Assembly: GCA_965240325.2 (NCBI GenBank)
Contig: OZ251226.1
Span: 930,001 to 994,000 of the forward strand
Length of the DNA stretch: 64,000 nt
Origin: Rebecca billardiae RCC1528
Taxonomy: Eukaryota > Protista > Haptophyta
Reading direction: 5' to 3'
Shown here: positions 52,010 to 63,928 of the stretch, piece after piece
Position numbering within the stretch: the stretch's first letter is position 1
Layout: every line of letters starts with the position of its first letter
Made by a program: the position numbers and the translations under genes
The notes under the pieces: generated by a model
What the model was told of the DNA's origin: nothing
What the model saw: the letters and a program-made list of their open reading frames with translations, nothing else
Database searches by the model: none

Positions 52010-55000
52010 CTATCGCTTGTGGTGGCGACTCGACTTCTTCTTCGTCTTTTTTGACTTATTCTTCTCCTTCGTCTTTCTCTTGCCCGACTTGTCTGCATCC
52101 TTGTCGTGTTTCGATGCGTGCTTGTGCGATCCACGGCGGTCATGCTTCTTGTCGCGGCTGTGGTCTTTGCGCCTGGATTCGCCATCGCCGCGCTTGTCTC
52201 GGGCCGACTTGCCGTCAGCCCTCACGGCGCGTGCCGAGCCGGCGTGAGCCGCCGAGTCGTCGTCGCTCGCGCTGTCGGTTGTACTCGAGGAGCTCTCAGC
52301 CGCGGGTGCCTGTGCGCCCAGGGGACCGCCCGGGCCCGGTGCACGCGGCTGCTCGGCTGTCGCCTCACCGGCAACGCGTGGCGGGGGTGGAGGTGGTGGA
52401 GGCGGTTGCGGCTGCCAGAACGGCGGAGGACGGTCACCCGAGGGTGGTGGCGGTGGGTGCGATGGCGGCGGGCGCGAGGGCGGCGGGTGCGACGGTGGCG
52501 GCGGAGCGCGCGGCATCGGCAGCGCAGCCCCCGGCCCTTGCGGCGCGCCCGCCGAGCCCGCGCGGGTCTCCTCGCCAAAGACGCTCTGCAGGAATCGATT
52601 CGCCAGGCTCGCGGGCTCGGGGGCGGCGGCGCCGTGCGCGACCGCGGGCGCGGACGCTCGGGCCGCGCCCTCGTCGGCGGAGCCCGCGCCAGCCTCCGGG
52701 TCGGTGCTCTCGCCCGAGTTCTCAAAAATGGCCTTGAACAATTCGAGCGCCGGCCGAGCGGTGCCGCCGCCGTGCTCGTTCTGCTCGTCCTCGCTCGCGG
52801 CGTGCGCGCCCTCGCGCTCTGCCGCCACGGGCCCGGCGTCGTCGCGCGAGGGGGGCGGGATCGGATCGCGGGGCGGCGGCGGGGGCGGCGGGGGCGGCGA
52901 GGGGCCGGCGCCGCTCCCGCTCCCGCCGGCGGCGCTCGGTCCCCACCGGGTCGCTGCGCGCGGCGGCGGTGGCGGCGGAGGCGGCTGCCGCCTGTGGTCA
53001 GTGCCGCTGCCACGCGCCGCGGCGGAGTGCGCGGGGCTGAGCGGCAGCAGCGCGTTGTTGTACAGCTGCGAGGCGTGCCTCGGCCCGTCCTCGCGCGCCG
53101 CAGCCGCCGCCGCGTGGCTGCTCGGCGATGGCCCAAGCCCCGACTCCGTCGCGCCGGCCGGCATCCAATCGGGGCCTTGCACGTCTGAAGGGTGCGGCGT
53201 GTTAAATCGCTTGCACAGCAGCCGCTCGGGGGCCCATTTCTCGACGTGCAGCGTGAGCCGGCCGTGCATGCCAAGCTTTGCGGCCGCGCGCGCGTCGTCC
53301 TCGGGCGTCGGCTCCGCGGGCGCCGGCTGCTCCGCTCCCGACGTCTCACGCGGCGCCGCCGCGGCGGGCGCGCCGCCCGCTGCCTCCCTCTGTCGCGGCT
53401 GCGTCACGCCGCCGCGGTGCTCCTCATCGTCCGCTGCCTGGGCAAACTCGGCGCCGGCCGAGGTGAAGCGTGAGGTGATGAGCGCGTGCGGCTGCTGGCC
53501 GAAGAGCCGGAGCACCTTGCGGAACTCGCTCGCCTCGTGCTCGCGCGTGTGCGCCGCCACCTCCGCCGGCCATACGTACACCGCACCGCGGTCGGTCGCG
53601 GCGAGCCAAGCATCGAACCGAATCTGCTTGGCGGGGTTGGCAGCATACGGCTTGATGGCTGGGCGGCGCGGCGGTGGCGCGGCCGCGGTGGCGCGCGACG
53701 CCGGCTGGCCCGGCGGGGCGCCGGGCGGAGGGCCTGGCGGCGGGCCGGGCGGTGCGCCCGGAGGCGCCCGCCGTGCCAGCGGCAGCTCCCCGAGCAACCG
53801 GCCTCGGTCGACCGCGCTGAGCGACGCGTGCGGCTGCGCCACGCCCTCGCGCTGGGTCCACACGTGCGCTGGCGGTGGGCCAGGCGGCGGCGGCGGCGCT
53901 CGCCCAAGCTGCGAGGGGAGCGCCGGGCCCGAACTGCCCCGCATCCAATCACTCCGTGCCTCGGGATCGTGCGCACCTGCGAGCCCGCCGGCGGGGTGCG
54001 CGTGGCCCGCGGCGGCCGCGCTCGGCGCCGCGCCCGCGCTCGCGCCGCTCGGCGCGCGCGGGACGCGCAAGTCTTCCTTGAACTCGTGCACGGCCTTGAA
54101 GCTGTCGGGCACGCGCGGCGGATCGTACCAGCGCTCGGTGCCGTCCGCCGCGCTCTGCGCCGCAGCCCCCGACCCACGCGACCCCACCGGCTCCGGCTCG
54201 GCGAGCTCGAAGCCTTCGAGGAGAACAAACTGAGAAGCAATCAGACGGACCGCGCGCCCGCGGCCCGCGGCTGCGGGCGTTGCGCGCCGCGCGGCGGCGG
54301 AGCTCGGGTCGTCGTCGGCGTCGGCTGCCCCTGCCGCGCCGACGGCGATGGACATGTCGTACTGCTCCAACCCCTGCTCGGCGTACACGTCTGCGTCGTC
54401 GTCCTCGAAAGCGCCGACCCCGAACGCGCCCGCTGGCCGCGGCTCGCGCGCGCTTGCTTGCGCCGAGGCCGCGCGAACGCCAGGCAGCTGCGAGGTGTAC
54501 CCGAGGCCGTGGTGGTCGTCCTTGAAAGCCCACGCAGGCGCCTCCACATCGCGCGGGGCGAAGGTCACCCGGCTCGACCCGTCCCGCGCGCGGCCGCCGC
54601 CTTCGGCTGCGTCCGCACCCTCCTCGGCACCGTCGCTCTCCGCGGCCGCGCGCTCGCGGAGCGCAGGCGGAAGCTCGCAGCCGTACACGCGAGGCGCGGG
54701 CTTGCGCGGGCCGAGGCCGAAGCCCGCGCCGCGCCAGCCCATGGCGCGGAGCAGCCGCTCTCCGACAGACGACGCGCCCGACGACACGATGCCCTCGATC
54801 GTGAGCTGGTCGAGGTGCGAGCGCACCGCCGAGTCAGCGAGCTGCGACGCGACCGAGCGCGCGCCGCCCGTGTCTCGGGGCTCGGCGGCGGCGTGTGGCT
54901 CAGAAGCCGCGGCCGGGCGGGAGCGCATGCCGGCGAACGCATCCGTCGTCGTCAGCCGCTCGTACGCAGCGAGGTCCTCCTCGTCCATGAAGTCCTCGGG

Positions 55001-55330
55001 GCGCGTGCCAGCGACGGAGCGCGCGCGCTTGGATCGCGAGGACACAAACGCGGACGGCTCCCAGCCCTCGGCGCTGCCCACCGAGTTGAAATAGCCCGCG
55101 GAGAACCCGCCCGTGAAGGCGCCGTGGAATCGCCGACGGCCCTGCGCGTCGAGCACTTCCTGCTTCCATGGCGCGTCCGCCTTTGCCTGCCGCGCCGGAT
55201 CGAGCTCGCGGCGCGCCTGCAGCCGGCGCGTCTTGCCCGCAGAGTGCTCCTCGTCGTCCGAGATGGCCGTGCCGAGGAATGAGCCACCAGAGCTGTCCGA
55301 CGACACGTCATCTCCCCTCGCCGCTGCCAT
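52010..55330 (-). CDS. GPATCH1: G-patch domain-containing protein 1 (GPATCH1/TOUGH-like, DUF1604)
   Basis: 'GRRRFHGAFTGGFSAGYFNSVGSAEGWEPS', 'RPEDFMDEED', G-patch 'GERLLRAMGW', 'WAPERLLCKRFN', 'LFKAIF' and a basic C-terminal tail. Confidence 0.92.
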   Translation of the reverse strand: MAAARGDDVSSDSSGGSFLGTAISDDEEHSAGKTRRLQARRELDPARQAKADAPWKQEVLDAQGRRRFHGAFTGGFSAGYFNSVGSAEGWEPSAFVSSRSKRARSVAGTRPEDFMDEEDLAAYERLTTTDAFAGMRSRPAAASEPHAAAEPRDTGGARSVASQLADSAVRSHLDQLTIEGIVSSGASSVGERLLRAMGWRGAGFGLGPRKPAPRVYGCELPPALRERAAAESDGAEEGADAAEGGGRARDGSSRVTFAPRDVEAPAWAFKDDHHGLGYTSQLPGVRAASAQASAREPRPAGAFGVGAFEDDDADVYAEQGLEQYDMSIAVGAAGAADADDDPSSAAARRATPAAAGRGRAVRLIASQFVLLEGFELAEPEPVGSRGSGAAAQSAADGTERWYDPPRVPDSFKAVHEFKEDLRVPRAPSGASAGAAPSAAAAGHAHPAGGLAGAHDPEARSDWMRGSSGPALPSQLGRAPPPPPGPPPAHVWTQREGVAQPHASLSAVDRGRLLGELPLARRAPPGAPPGPPPGPPPGAPPGQPASRATAAAPPPRRPAIKPYAANPAKQIRFDAWLAATDRGAVYVWPAEVAAHTREHEASEFRKVLRLFGQQPHALITSRFTSAGAEFAQAADDEEHRGGVTQPRQREAAGGAPAAAAPRETSGAEQPAPAEPTPEDDARAAAKLGMHGRLTLHVEKWAPERLLCKRFNTPHPSDVQGPDWMPAGATESGLGPSPSSHAAAAAAREDGPRHASQLYNNALLPLSPAHSAAARGSGTDHRRQPPPPPPPPRAATRWGPSAAGGSGSGAGPSPPPPPPPPPRDPIPPPSRDDAGPVAAEREGAHAASEDEQNEHGGGTARPALELFKAIFENSGESTDPEAGAGSADEGAARASAPAVAHGAAAPEPASLANRFLQSVFGEETRAGSAGAPQGPGAALPMPRAPPPPSHPPPSRPPPSHPPPPPSGDRPPPFWQPQPPPPPPPPPRVAGEATAEQPRAPGPGGPLGAQAPAAESSSSTTDSASDDDSAAHAGSARAVRADGKSARDKRGDGESRRKDHSRDKKHDRRGSHKHASKHDKDADKSGKRKTKEKNKSKKTKKKSSRHHKR

Positions 55331-55548
55331 GACCGCGCCCAGGCCCGCCGAGGCCTTTGTGATGGAGTCGAGAGCGGCGTCCTCACGGCGCCGCGACCGC
55401 CATCCTGCGAGGCCACAGCTCCGCGCCGTCGCTGGCGAGCACGAGGGCTCCTTCGTGACTGTCCTGCTTTGGGCGCGGCGTGGCGGATCTCTTGGCTCCC
55501 GAGCGCGACGCTCGCCACGCTGCGGCGCGCCGCTACTGCCTGAGCGCC

Positions 55549-55980
55549 ATGGATCCGCGCCCAGGTATCCGTGGTCTCGTTCTGGTCACGATGGGCTCGC
55601 TTACCGTCGGCGCCTTCACCAGCGGCGCGTCGTCAAGCTCGCAGCTGATTCGCGCTGCTGGCCTGCGGGCATGTGGACCGCGGGCACTCGCGCTGGCGCA
55701 GCCGCGCATGCGGGCTGGCGATGGGCCCGAGGTCGACGGAGCCGGGCCAAGCGCGGAGGCAGACGGGCTCGGTGGCGCGCCTGACGCCAGCGACTTCGAC
55801 TATGACACGCGCATGCGCGAGGTCGAGGGCCAGATGACGCCATACCAGCGCGCGTCGGCGTCGCTCGCAGAGGTGGGGCTGAGCGTCCCGGGGCTGGCTC
55901 TACTCGTCGCGGCGCTCGTGCTAGTGGCACTCAACAGTGCGCTCGGGCCTGGCTGGCTTGGTGCGCTCCTGGGCGGCTAG
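55549..55980 (+). CDS. Small hypothetical protein with signal peptide + 'GAF' motif and C-terminal TM helix (putative plastid membrane protein)
   Basis: MDPRPGIRGLVLVTMGSLTVGA-F leader, Ser/Ala/Arg transit-like segment, acidic linker and hydrophobic C-terminus. No recognised domain. Confidence 0.5.
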   Translation: MDPRPGIRGLVLVTMGSLTVGAFTSGASSSSQLIRAAGLRACGPRALALAQPRMRAGDGPEVDGAGPSAEADGLGGAPDASDFDYDTRMREVEGQMTPYQRASASLAEVGLSVPGLALLVAALVLVALNSALGPGWLGALLGG

Positions 55981-56173
55981 CTGCGCCACGGCTCACGCAG
56001 CCGTGAATGCCGCCGCGCCGCGGGCGGGCGTCTCTCGGGCGGCGAGCGCTCGAGTCCGGGCCGTGCCGACCGCGGAAGGTCCGGAGTCGAATGGGCGCGT
56101 CCGGGAGCCGCACCATTTTTGAATCGAGGTCGTCCACGCCCGGCAGCGCGAGCGCGAGGCGCGACGCCCAGCC

Positions 56174-59100
56174 ATGAACGTGCTTCAGCCGAGCCAGAGC
56201 AACGTTGCGGAGGAGGCGCCCAAGGCGACGGGGGCGAAGGCGGGTGCAGCGAAGCGCACGGTCGAGGAGACGTACACCAAGCTCACGCAGCGCGAGCACA
56301 TCCTCGTGCGGCCGGACACGTACATCGGCTCGGTCGAGGCGGTCACGCAGCAGATGTGGGTGTACGACCGCGAGTCGAAGCGGATGCAGCAGCGGCAGCT
56401 GACGTACGTGCCCGGCCTGTTCAAGATCTTCGACGAGATCCTCGTCAACGCCGCCGACAACAAGCAGCGCGACGGCTCGATGGACACCATCCGCGTCGAG
56501 ATTGACGCCGAGAAGGGCGCGATCTCGGTCCTCAACAACGGCAAGGGCATCCCGGTGCAGATGCACAAGGAGCACGGGTGCTACGTGCCCGAGCTGATCT
56601 TCGGCCATTTGCTCACCAGCTCGAACTACGACGACAACCAGCAGAAGGTCACCGGCGGGCGCAACGGCTACGGCGCGAAGCTGGCCAACATCTTCTCGAC
56701 CGAGTTTGTGGTCGAGACGTCGGACGCGGCCAGCGCGCTGCACTTCAAGCAGGTGTTCCAGAAGAACATGGAGGTGCGGCGCGAGCCGCAGCTCAAGGCG
56801 GCGAAGGGGAGCGACTGGACGAAGATCACGTTCAAGCCCGACCTCGCCAAGTTCGGCATGTCCGAGCTCGACCGCGACATCGTCGACCTGATGTCGCGCC
56901 GCGTGGTCGACATGGCCGGCTGCAGCGACCGCTCGGTCAAGGTGTACCTGAACGGCGAGAAGGTGCCGGTGGCGGACTTCAAGTCGTACGTGGACCTCTT
57001 CATCGGCGTGAAGGGCCTCGAGGGCTCCAAGCCGCGCGTGTACGAGCGCGTCAACGCGCGGTGGGAGGTGTGCGTCGCGCCGAGCGACGACGGCTTCCAG
57101 CAGGTCTCGTTTGTCAACTCGATCGCGACGACCAAGGGCGGCAAGCACGTCGACCACGTGACGGAGCAGGTGACGGCGAAGGTGATCGAGGTGCTGAAGA
57201 AGAAGGACAAGAGCGCGGCCGCGCTCAAGCCCGCGCACGTGCGGCAGTACCTCAACGTCTTCGTCAACTGCCTGATCGTCAACCCGGCGTTCGACTCGCA
57301 GACCAAGGAGAACATGACCCTCGTGCCGTCCAAGTTCGGCTCAAAGTGCGAGCTCGACGACAAGTTCCTGAAGCAGGTGGTGGGCTGCGGCGTGGTCGAG
57401 GGCGTGCTGTCGTACCTCGACCGCAAGAACCAGAAGGACCTCGCCAAGACCAACAAGGGCAAGCGCGAGCGCCTCACGGGCATCTCGAAGCTCGACGACG
57501 CCAACGAGGCGGGCGGGCGCAACTCGCGCAAGTGCACGCTCATCCTCACCGAGGGCGACTCGGCCAAGGCGCTCGCGGTGAGCGGGCTCTCGGTGATCGG
57601 CCGCGACTACTACGGCGTGTTCCCGCTGCGCGGCAAGCTGCTCAACGTGCGCGACGCGCCGACCAAGCAGGTCGCGGACAACGCCGAGCTGAGCCAGCTC
57701 AAGCAGATCATCGGGCTGCAGCACGGCAAGGACTACTCGGAGCCCGCGTCACTCGGCACGCTGCGGTACGGCCACCTGATGATCATGACCGACCAGGACC
57801 ACGACGGCTCGCACATCAAGGGGCTGCTGATCAACTGGCTCCACGTGTACTGGCCCTCGCTGCTCAAGTACGACGGCTTCCTGCAGGAGTTCGTCACGCC
57901 GATCGTGAAGGCGACCAAGGCACGCACGGCACACACCTTCTTCACGCTGCCCGAGTACGGCGCGTGGCGCGAGGCGCTCGGCTCGGCGCGCGGCTGGACG
58001 ATCAAGTACTACAAGGGTCTGGGCACCTCCACGTCGAACGAGGCGAAGGAGTACTTCTCCGACCTGCCGCGCCACGAGCTCAGCTTCGAGTGGACCGGCG
58101 AGTCCAACTCGCAGCTGATCGAGCTCGCGTTCTCGAAGAAGAAGGCGGACGAGCGCAAGACGTGGCTGCAGTCGTACGAGGACGGCGCGCACGTCGACCA
58201 CTCGCAGTCGACGCTGCCGTACGACGACTTCATCAACAAGGCGCGCGCACGCGCCGCGCACGCGCCGCGCACGCGCGCGAGCACGCGCCGCGCCGCCGAG
58301 CCCGGCCGCGCGCACGGCCGCGCGCTCACGCGCGCCGCGCCGCCCGCTGCCCGCCGCGCCCGCGCCCGCCACCCGGCCCGCGCGCCGGCCGTGTCTCGCA
58401 GGAGCTGATTCTCTTCTCCCGCGCGGACAACGTGCGCTCGATCCCGAGCATGGTCGACGGCTTCAAGCCGGGGCAGCGCAAGATCCTCTTCGGCTGCTTC
58501 AAGCGCAAGCTGAAGGGCGAGATGAAGGTGGCGCAGCTCTCGGGCTACATCGGCGAGCACTCGGCATACCACCACGGTGAGGTGAGCCTGCAGGGCGCGA
58601 TCATCAACATGGCGCAGGACTACGTGGGCTCGAACAACATCAACCTGCTGCACCCGTCGGGGCAGTTCGGCACGCGGCTGCAGGGCGGCAAGGACCACGC
58701 CTCCGCGCGTTACATCTTCACCAAGCTGATGCCGATCACGCGCGCCATCTTCCCTGAGGCGGACGACCCCGTCCTAGACTACCTGGAGGATGACGGCCAG
58801 TCGATCGAGCCGAAGCACTACGTGCCGGTGCTGCCGATGGCGCTGGTGAACGGCGCGGACGGGATCGGCACGGGCTGGGCGACGAGCGTGCCCAACTACA
58901 ACCCCGTCGAGATCGTCGCCAACCTGCGCCGCATGATGGCGGGCGACGAGCCCGAGCCGATGGCGCCGTGGTACCGCGGCTTCTCGGGCGCGATCGAGCC
59001 GTCCAAGAAGGACTCGTACACGGTGTACGGGCGGATCGAGAAGCTGGACGAGACGACGCTCAAGATCACCGAGCTGCCGCTGCGCAGGTGGACGCAGGAC

Positions 59101-61275
59101 TACAAGGAGCAGCTCGAGGCGATGATGCTCGGCAAGGACGGCGAGCCCGCGTTTGTCTCCGACTTCCGCGAGCACCACACGGACACGACAGTCTCCTTCA
59201 CCGTGACGCTCAGCGAGCAGAGCATGGCCGCCGCCGAGGCGGAGGGGCTGTACAAGAAGTTCAAGCTGACGTCGAGCGTGACCGAGTCGAACCTCGTGCT
59301 CTGGGACGCGCAGGGCCGGCTCAAGAAGTACGACGGCACCTCGGAGGTGCTGCGCGAGTTCTTTGCCGTGCGGCTCGGCACGTACCGCGCGCGCAAGGCG
59401 CACCTGCAGGAGCGGCTCGGCGCCGAGTGGGATCGGCTGCAGAACAAGGTGCGCTTCATCCGCGCGGTGGTGAGCGGCGAGCTGGTGATCGCGAACAAGA
59501 AGAAGGCGGTGCTCGTCGAGATGCTGCGCAAGGACGGCTACCTCGCCATCCACGCCGCCGCCAAGTCGGCCAAGCTGAGCGCGGGCGCGGACGCGGACGC
59601 CGACGCGGACGCCGACGCGGACGCCGACGGCGGCGGCGGCGCGGGCGCGGACGCAGACAGCGGCTCGGGCCACGGCGGGTACGACTACCTGCTCTCCATG
59701 CCGCTGTGGTCGCTCACGCTCGAGAAGGTCAAGTCGCTCTGCGCCGAGTGCGACGCGAAGGAGGCCGAGCTCAACGAGCTCCTCGGCAAGAGCCCCACCG
59801 ATCTTTGGTGCGCAGACCTGGACGTGTTTGAGGCCGCGTACGCAGAGTGGCTGCAGGCCAAGGAGCACGAGGAGGCGGAGGCGAGCGAGAAGCAGGCGCG
59901 GCAGCGCGCGGCGGCGGGGAAGAAGGGCGGGAAGGGCCCCGCGCCCAAGGTGCGCGCGCGCGCGCCCGGCCGCTCGCCCTCCCCCCGCGGCCCGCGCGCG
60001 CGGCACGCGCGCCGCCGCCCAGCGCGTGAGGTGGCGCGAGCGCGAGGCGGCGAGCGCTCACCTCGCGCGCGGCCGCGCGCGCCGCGCCGCTCGCGCCGAG
60101 CAGAAGGCTGCGCCGAAGAAGAAGGCGCTCGCGCGGATGGACGTCGACTCGGACGGCAGCCTCGAGTTCCTCGACGACGAGAACGACTCCGACTTTGAGA
60201 TGCCCACCAAGGGCGCCAAGAAGAAGGGCGGCGGCGCCGGTGCCGCGCCGGCGCAGCCGCGCGCGCGCGCGCCCGCTCGCAACGGTGCGCGCGCGCTCGC
60301 GCGCCTCGCGCCCGCCCGCAGCTGCCCTGCGCGCCCGGCGCGGGCTCGCGCGGGCCAGCCGCGCGGCGCGCACGGCCGTAGCCCCACCTCACGCGCACGC
60401 TCCCTGCCCCTCGACCCGCTGCAGCCGCGGTCGCCGCCGCAGCCGCCGTCGCGGCGCCGGCGCCCGCGCCGACGCCCGAGGAGCCAGCCGCGCCGAAGCC
60501 GAGCGCGCCCCCGCCCGCCGCGCCGCTCGCGAGCAAGGCGGCGCCGGCGGCGCAGAGCGTGGTGAACCTCGAGGAGGACGACGAGGACGAGGACGATGGC
60601 ATGGCCTCCATGTCGCTGATGGAGCGGCTGAAGATGCAGCAGCAGCTCGCGTCCGCACCGGCGGCCAAGCCCGCCGCCAAGCCCGCCGCCGCCAAGCCCG
60701 CCGCCGCCGCCAAGCCCGCCAAGAGCGCGGCCGCCAAGCCCGCCGCGGCGCCAAAGGCGCCAAAGCCGGCTCCCGCGCCGCTCACGAGCGCCGCCGCTGC
60801 CGAGCCGCAGCCCGTCGACGAGTTCGAGTTCGAGGGCCTCGCGGAGGAGACTCGCGTGCCGCAGCCCGCGGGCAAGAAAGCCAAGGGCGGCGCGGGCGCG
60901 AGCGGCGCGGGCAGCAAGGCCAAGGCCGCCGCCGCGCGCGCGGACGCCGACGTCGAGTCAGCGCCCACGGCGCCCCAGCCAGCCAAGCCCGCGGCGCAGC
61001 GCAAGGCGCCGCTCGCCAAGGCGCGCCCTGCCGCGGCCCCCAAGCCTGCCGCCAAGCGCGGCAAGCGCGTGGTCTCCGACGACGACGACGACGACGACGA
61101 CGAGCCCGCGCCTGCGCCCGCTGTGCCGGCGCCCGCGTCGCGTCGGCCTGCGCGCCAGGCTGCCACGGCGAGCCGCGCCAAGCTGGCGGATCTCGATGCC
61201 AGCGACGAGGAGACGGATGATGAGGAGAGCCTCGACGACGGCGGCGATAGCGACGGCTCGGACTACGTGGAGTGA
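56174..61275 (+). CDS. TOP2: DNA topoisomerase II; introns 58241-58401 (GC-AG), 59950-60103, 60240-60424
   Basis: 'EHILVRPDTYIGS', 'GGRNGYGAKL', 'LTEGDSAK', 'PLRGKLLNV', 'MTDQDHDGSHIKG', 'FINK|ELILFS' and active-site 'ASARYIF'. Confidence 0.97.
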
Positions 61276-61666
61276 GTGACGCGGTCACAGGCGGGTGACT
61301 TGCTGATCGGCAAAGTTGCGCGCCTGCAGCATGATGCCGAGCCGGAGCATGCCTCGGCCTGTGGCAGCCGGGACTACAGGATTGCGACCCCCGTCCGCAG
61401 CCACGCTGGGGCACCCATCGATTTATCAGCAGCAGTAGTATTAGCGCAGCAGAGAGAGAGAGAGAGAGACTCATCAGTTAAAGAGAGAGCAGAATGAGAG
61501 TCAGCAAGTGTCCAGAGCCAGAGTGCCCAGAGACTAGAGAGAGCTAGATGAAGATGAGATCTCGAGTCCGAGAGAGGCGAGAGATCCGAGAGAGAGAGAT
61601 AGCTGAGACTGCTAGACGAGAGATCGATAGCAGAGATAGATAGACGCGATATAGTAGACGATATCG

Positions 61667-61735
61667 ATATGATCGGCTACGCCGATCTTCGGGTAGTAAA
61701 CAACGAAGTTGAGGGCGCACGGCCCTGGTATCTAG
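61667..61735 (+). mobile_element. Dispersed multi-hairpin motif ending in CTAG|T (Helitron-like 3' terminus), copy 2
   Basis: 59/60 identical to 35948-36007. CTAG again ends 9 nt after the hairpin although the spacer bases differ. Preceded by GA/AT microsatellite-like DNA. Confidence 0.55.
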
Positions 61736-63876
61736 TTGTCGCGCGCGTTCTTCACGACTGCTGAATCACGTTGCGCGCGCGCCCCGGCCCGGCGCGTCGC
61801 CGTACACGAGGGCGACTGTGAGCACGGGTTAGACTGAGAGGGGAGCACGGCGTCGCCCGTAGCATATGCCACCTCGCCATCGTCGCAGACTCGCCGCTCG
61901 CAGATCTAAGCCTGTGGCTCGTCTCGTCGGTCAGGCAGTCAGGCATCCGTCGAGTGATGACTGCGTCAGACGACTGCGCGTTGCAGCCGCAGCCATACCG
62001 TACATACATACGCTCTCAGCGGGACTACGCGCGAGTTGTTCATCTGCCTTCTAACGGTGCCGGCACGTGGCGCGACGATTCTGGCGTCATTATCACTTGA
62101 CGACTCGACTGATCACGACGAGTGCCGTCATCGTCTGGTTCCCCTGAGAAGTCTTCTGGAATGCATCAGCGACATGCTCCCGCAGCCTGGTCAGTGGTCC
62201 AAGCCAGTCACATCCGGCAGCCTGACATCATCCCACATGCCGCGCGGGCAGAGAGGCGCGCTATGCCCACGCGACTGGCTTCCTAGAAGCTGCCGTGACG
62301 GAACGAGTGTCAGCAGTGGACCGCCGGCCGGTGCCGCGCGCCGCACCGCCGGGCCCAATGGCAACCGGAACACCCGGTGGCCGGCGGTGCGGCCCTAGGC
62401 TAGTGCGGCGGATCTATCGCGTATAGAACGACCGGCCGTGACGCGCTCTGCACCACGTACATTCGGACGCGGCAATGAGCAGCATGCACCACCGTCCGGC
62501 CGTCTCAGGTCGCTGTCGTCGGCAGCCAGCCGGTGCCGGGCACGGTGGCGCCGGGCGCTCGCAGCTGAAGGACCGCGATGGCAAGGATTGATTGCCAAGT
62601 CGTCAGCCGACGACTGGGAAGTTGAGCCTGATGCTGCCCGCTGCCGGTTCGCGGGACGAATGACGAGCAGCCTATGGTCCGTGAACCTGCGTCAGCTCCT
62701 AGAACTCTTCCAGACGTGGTGAGGATATCCCTCACTGCGAACTCAGCCCTCTCGCGCTGACGCAGCGCGTAGACCTTGCGGCCTGCTGCGTGCCGCGAGC
62801 TATCGGACAGCGCGGCCCGCCGGCCGCGGGCCTTGGGCGGCGGGTCGACGGCTCCAGGCAGCTGCGGAGGACGCGGAGGCCGGTCGCATCCCGGCCAATG
62901 CGTGGGCATCGGCCCGGCGGTTGGGCCCGTCAGCACGTCGGCAAGCGCTCTGATGCCACTCGACTCTCGAGACTGGCTGCCGAGCCGTGTCGCGCAACCG
63001 TGCCCGGCAAGACACGTGGGTCCGCGCCGAGCGTTCACCGGCCTCCGAACCCGCGCACGCCTACCAGCCCAGGGCCAGGGCACGCGCCGTCGAGCTGCCC
63101 AGTCGCAAGCAGCTCGACAGCCCCGCTGTGTGCGCGCGCCCTGCCGGTCCGTCCGCTGCCCGCTCGAGGGCGAGCACGCGGCGCCTCACCTGTCGACCAC
63201 GACAGCGCGCCTCGCGTGCACACTCTGACGGCGAGGCCCGGGATCTGGGCATGCGATGGCACTACCCGCGCCTCCGCCAAGTCTCGGCCTGGCCGAGGGG
63301 TGCAACACCGGCCGAGCCCTCGGCCCGGCGCGCCGCCGCCAGCCTGAATGCGCTGAAAAGCCCCGAAGCCGTGCGCGGCAGGCCTGCGCGTGCGAGCGGC
63401 GATGGGCGTGGGCGGCGTTGCGCGGCGCGAAGTGGGCCAGGGGCATACGTCAGCCTCGACTCCGCCGCGTCGCGCGCGGCCGAGCGCGCGCTCTGCGCGC
63501 GGGGCGCGCGACGCGAGGCGGGCGCTCGCGCACACACACGGCCATCCCATCCGGGAGGCTCCGCGACGGCTCAAGCCCCGCGCCGCCTCCGCAACCCGAC
63601 TCACGGCCGCAGGAGGTCGGGCCGCCTCCCCTCGTGAGCAACCCGAGTCTTCGTCAGCCTCTGTGAGCCCGGAGTGCTGCGCAGTCACGAGTTTAGCGAA
63701 GCACCCTGAACCCCGTACTACAGTTTACTATGATTTAACGTGCACACTTGGTTAAGGCGTGATATCTGATGTACTCATTTCGTGTTGTATTGCGTACCCA
63801 CCTCTTTATGCTATGCACTTGCATATGTATGTGATTAAGGCGACAACCGTCCAAAAACGGACAGAGATGAGATAGG

Positions 63877-63928
63877 CAGAGAGCCTAGAAGTGACGGTTC
63901 GTTAGCTCGTACCATTATGAAACTTTAC
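63877..63928 (+). repeat. Dispersed ~50-bp motif B, copy 2
   Basis: 'cagagagcctagaagtgacggttcgttagctcgtaccattatgaaactttac' matches 37341-37388. Confidence 0.8.

Noticed and set aside
61752-63755. Transposase/Rep/RT in the terminal GC-rich segment
   Set aside because: No HUH, DDE, YxDD or helicase motifs are visible in the provided translations.
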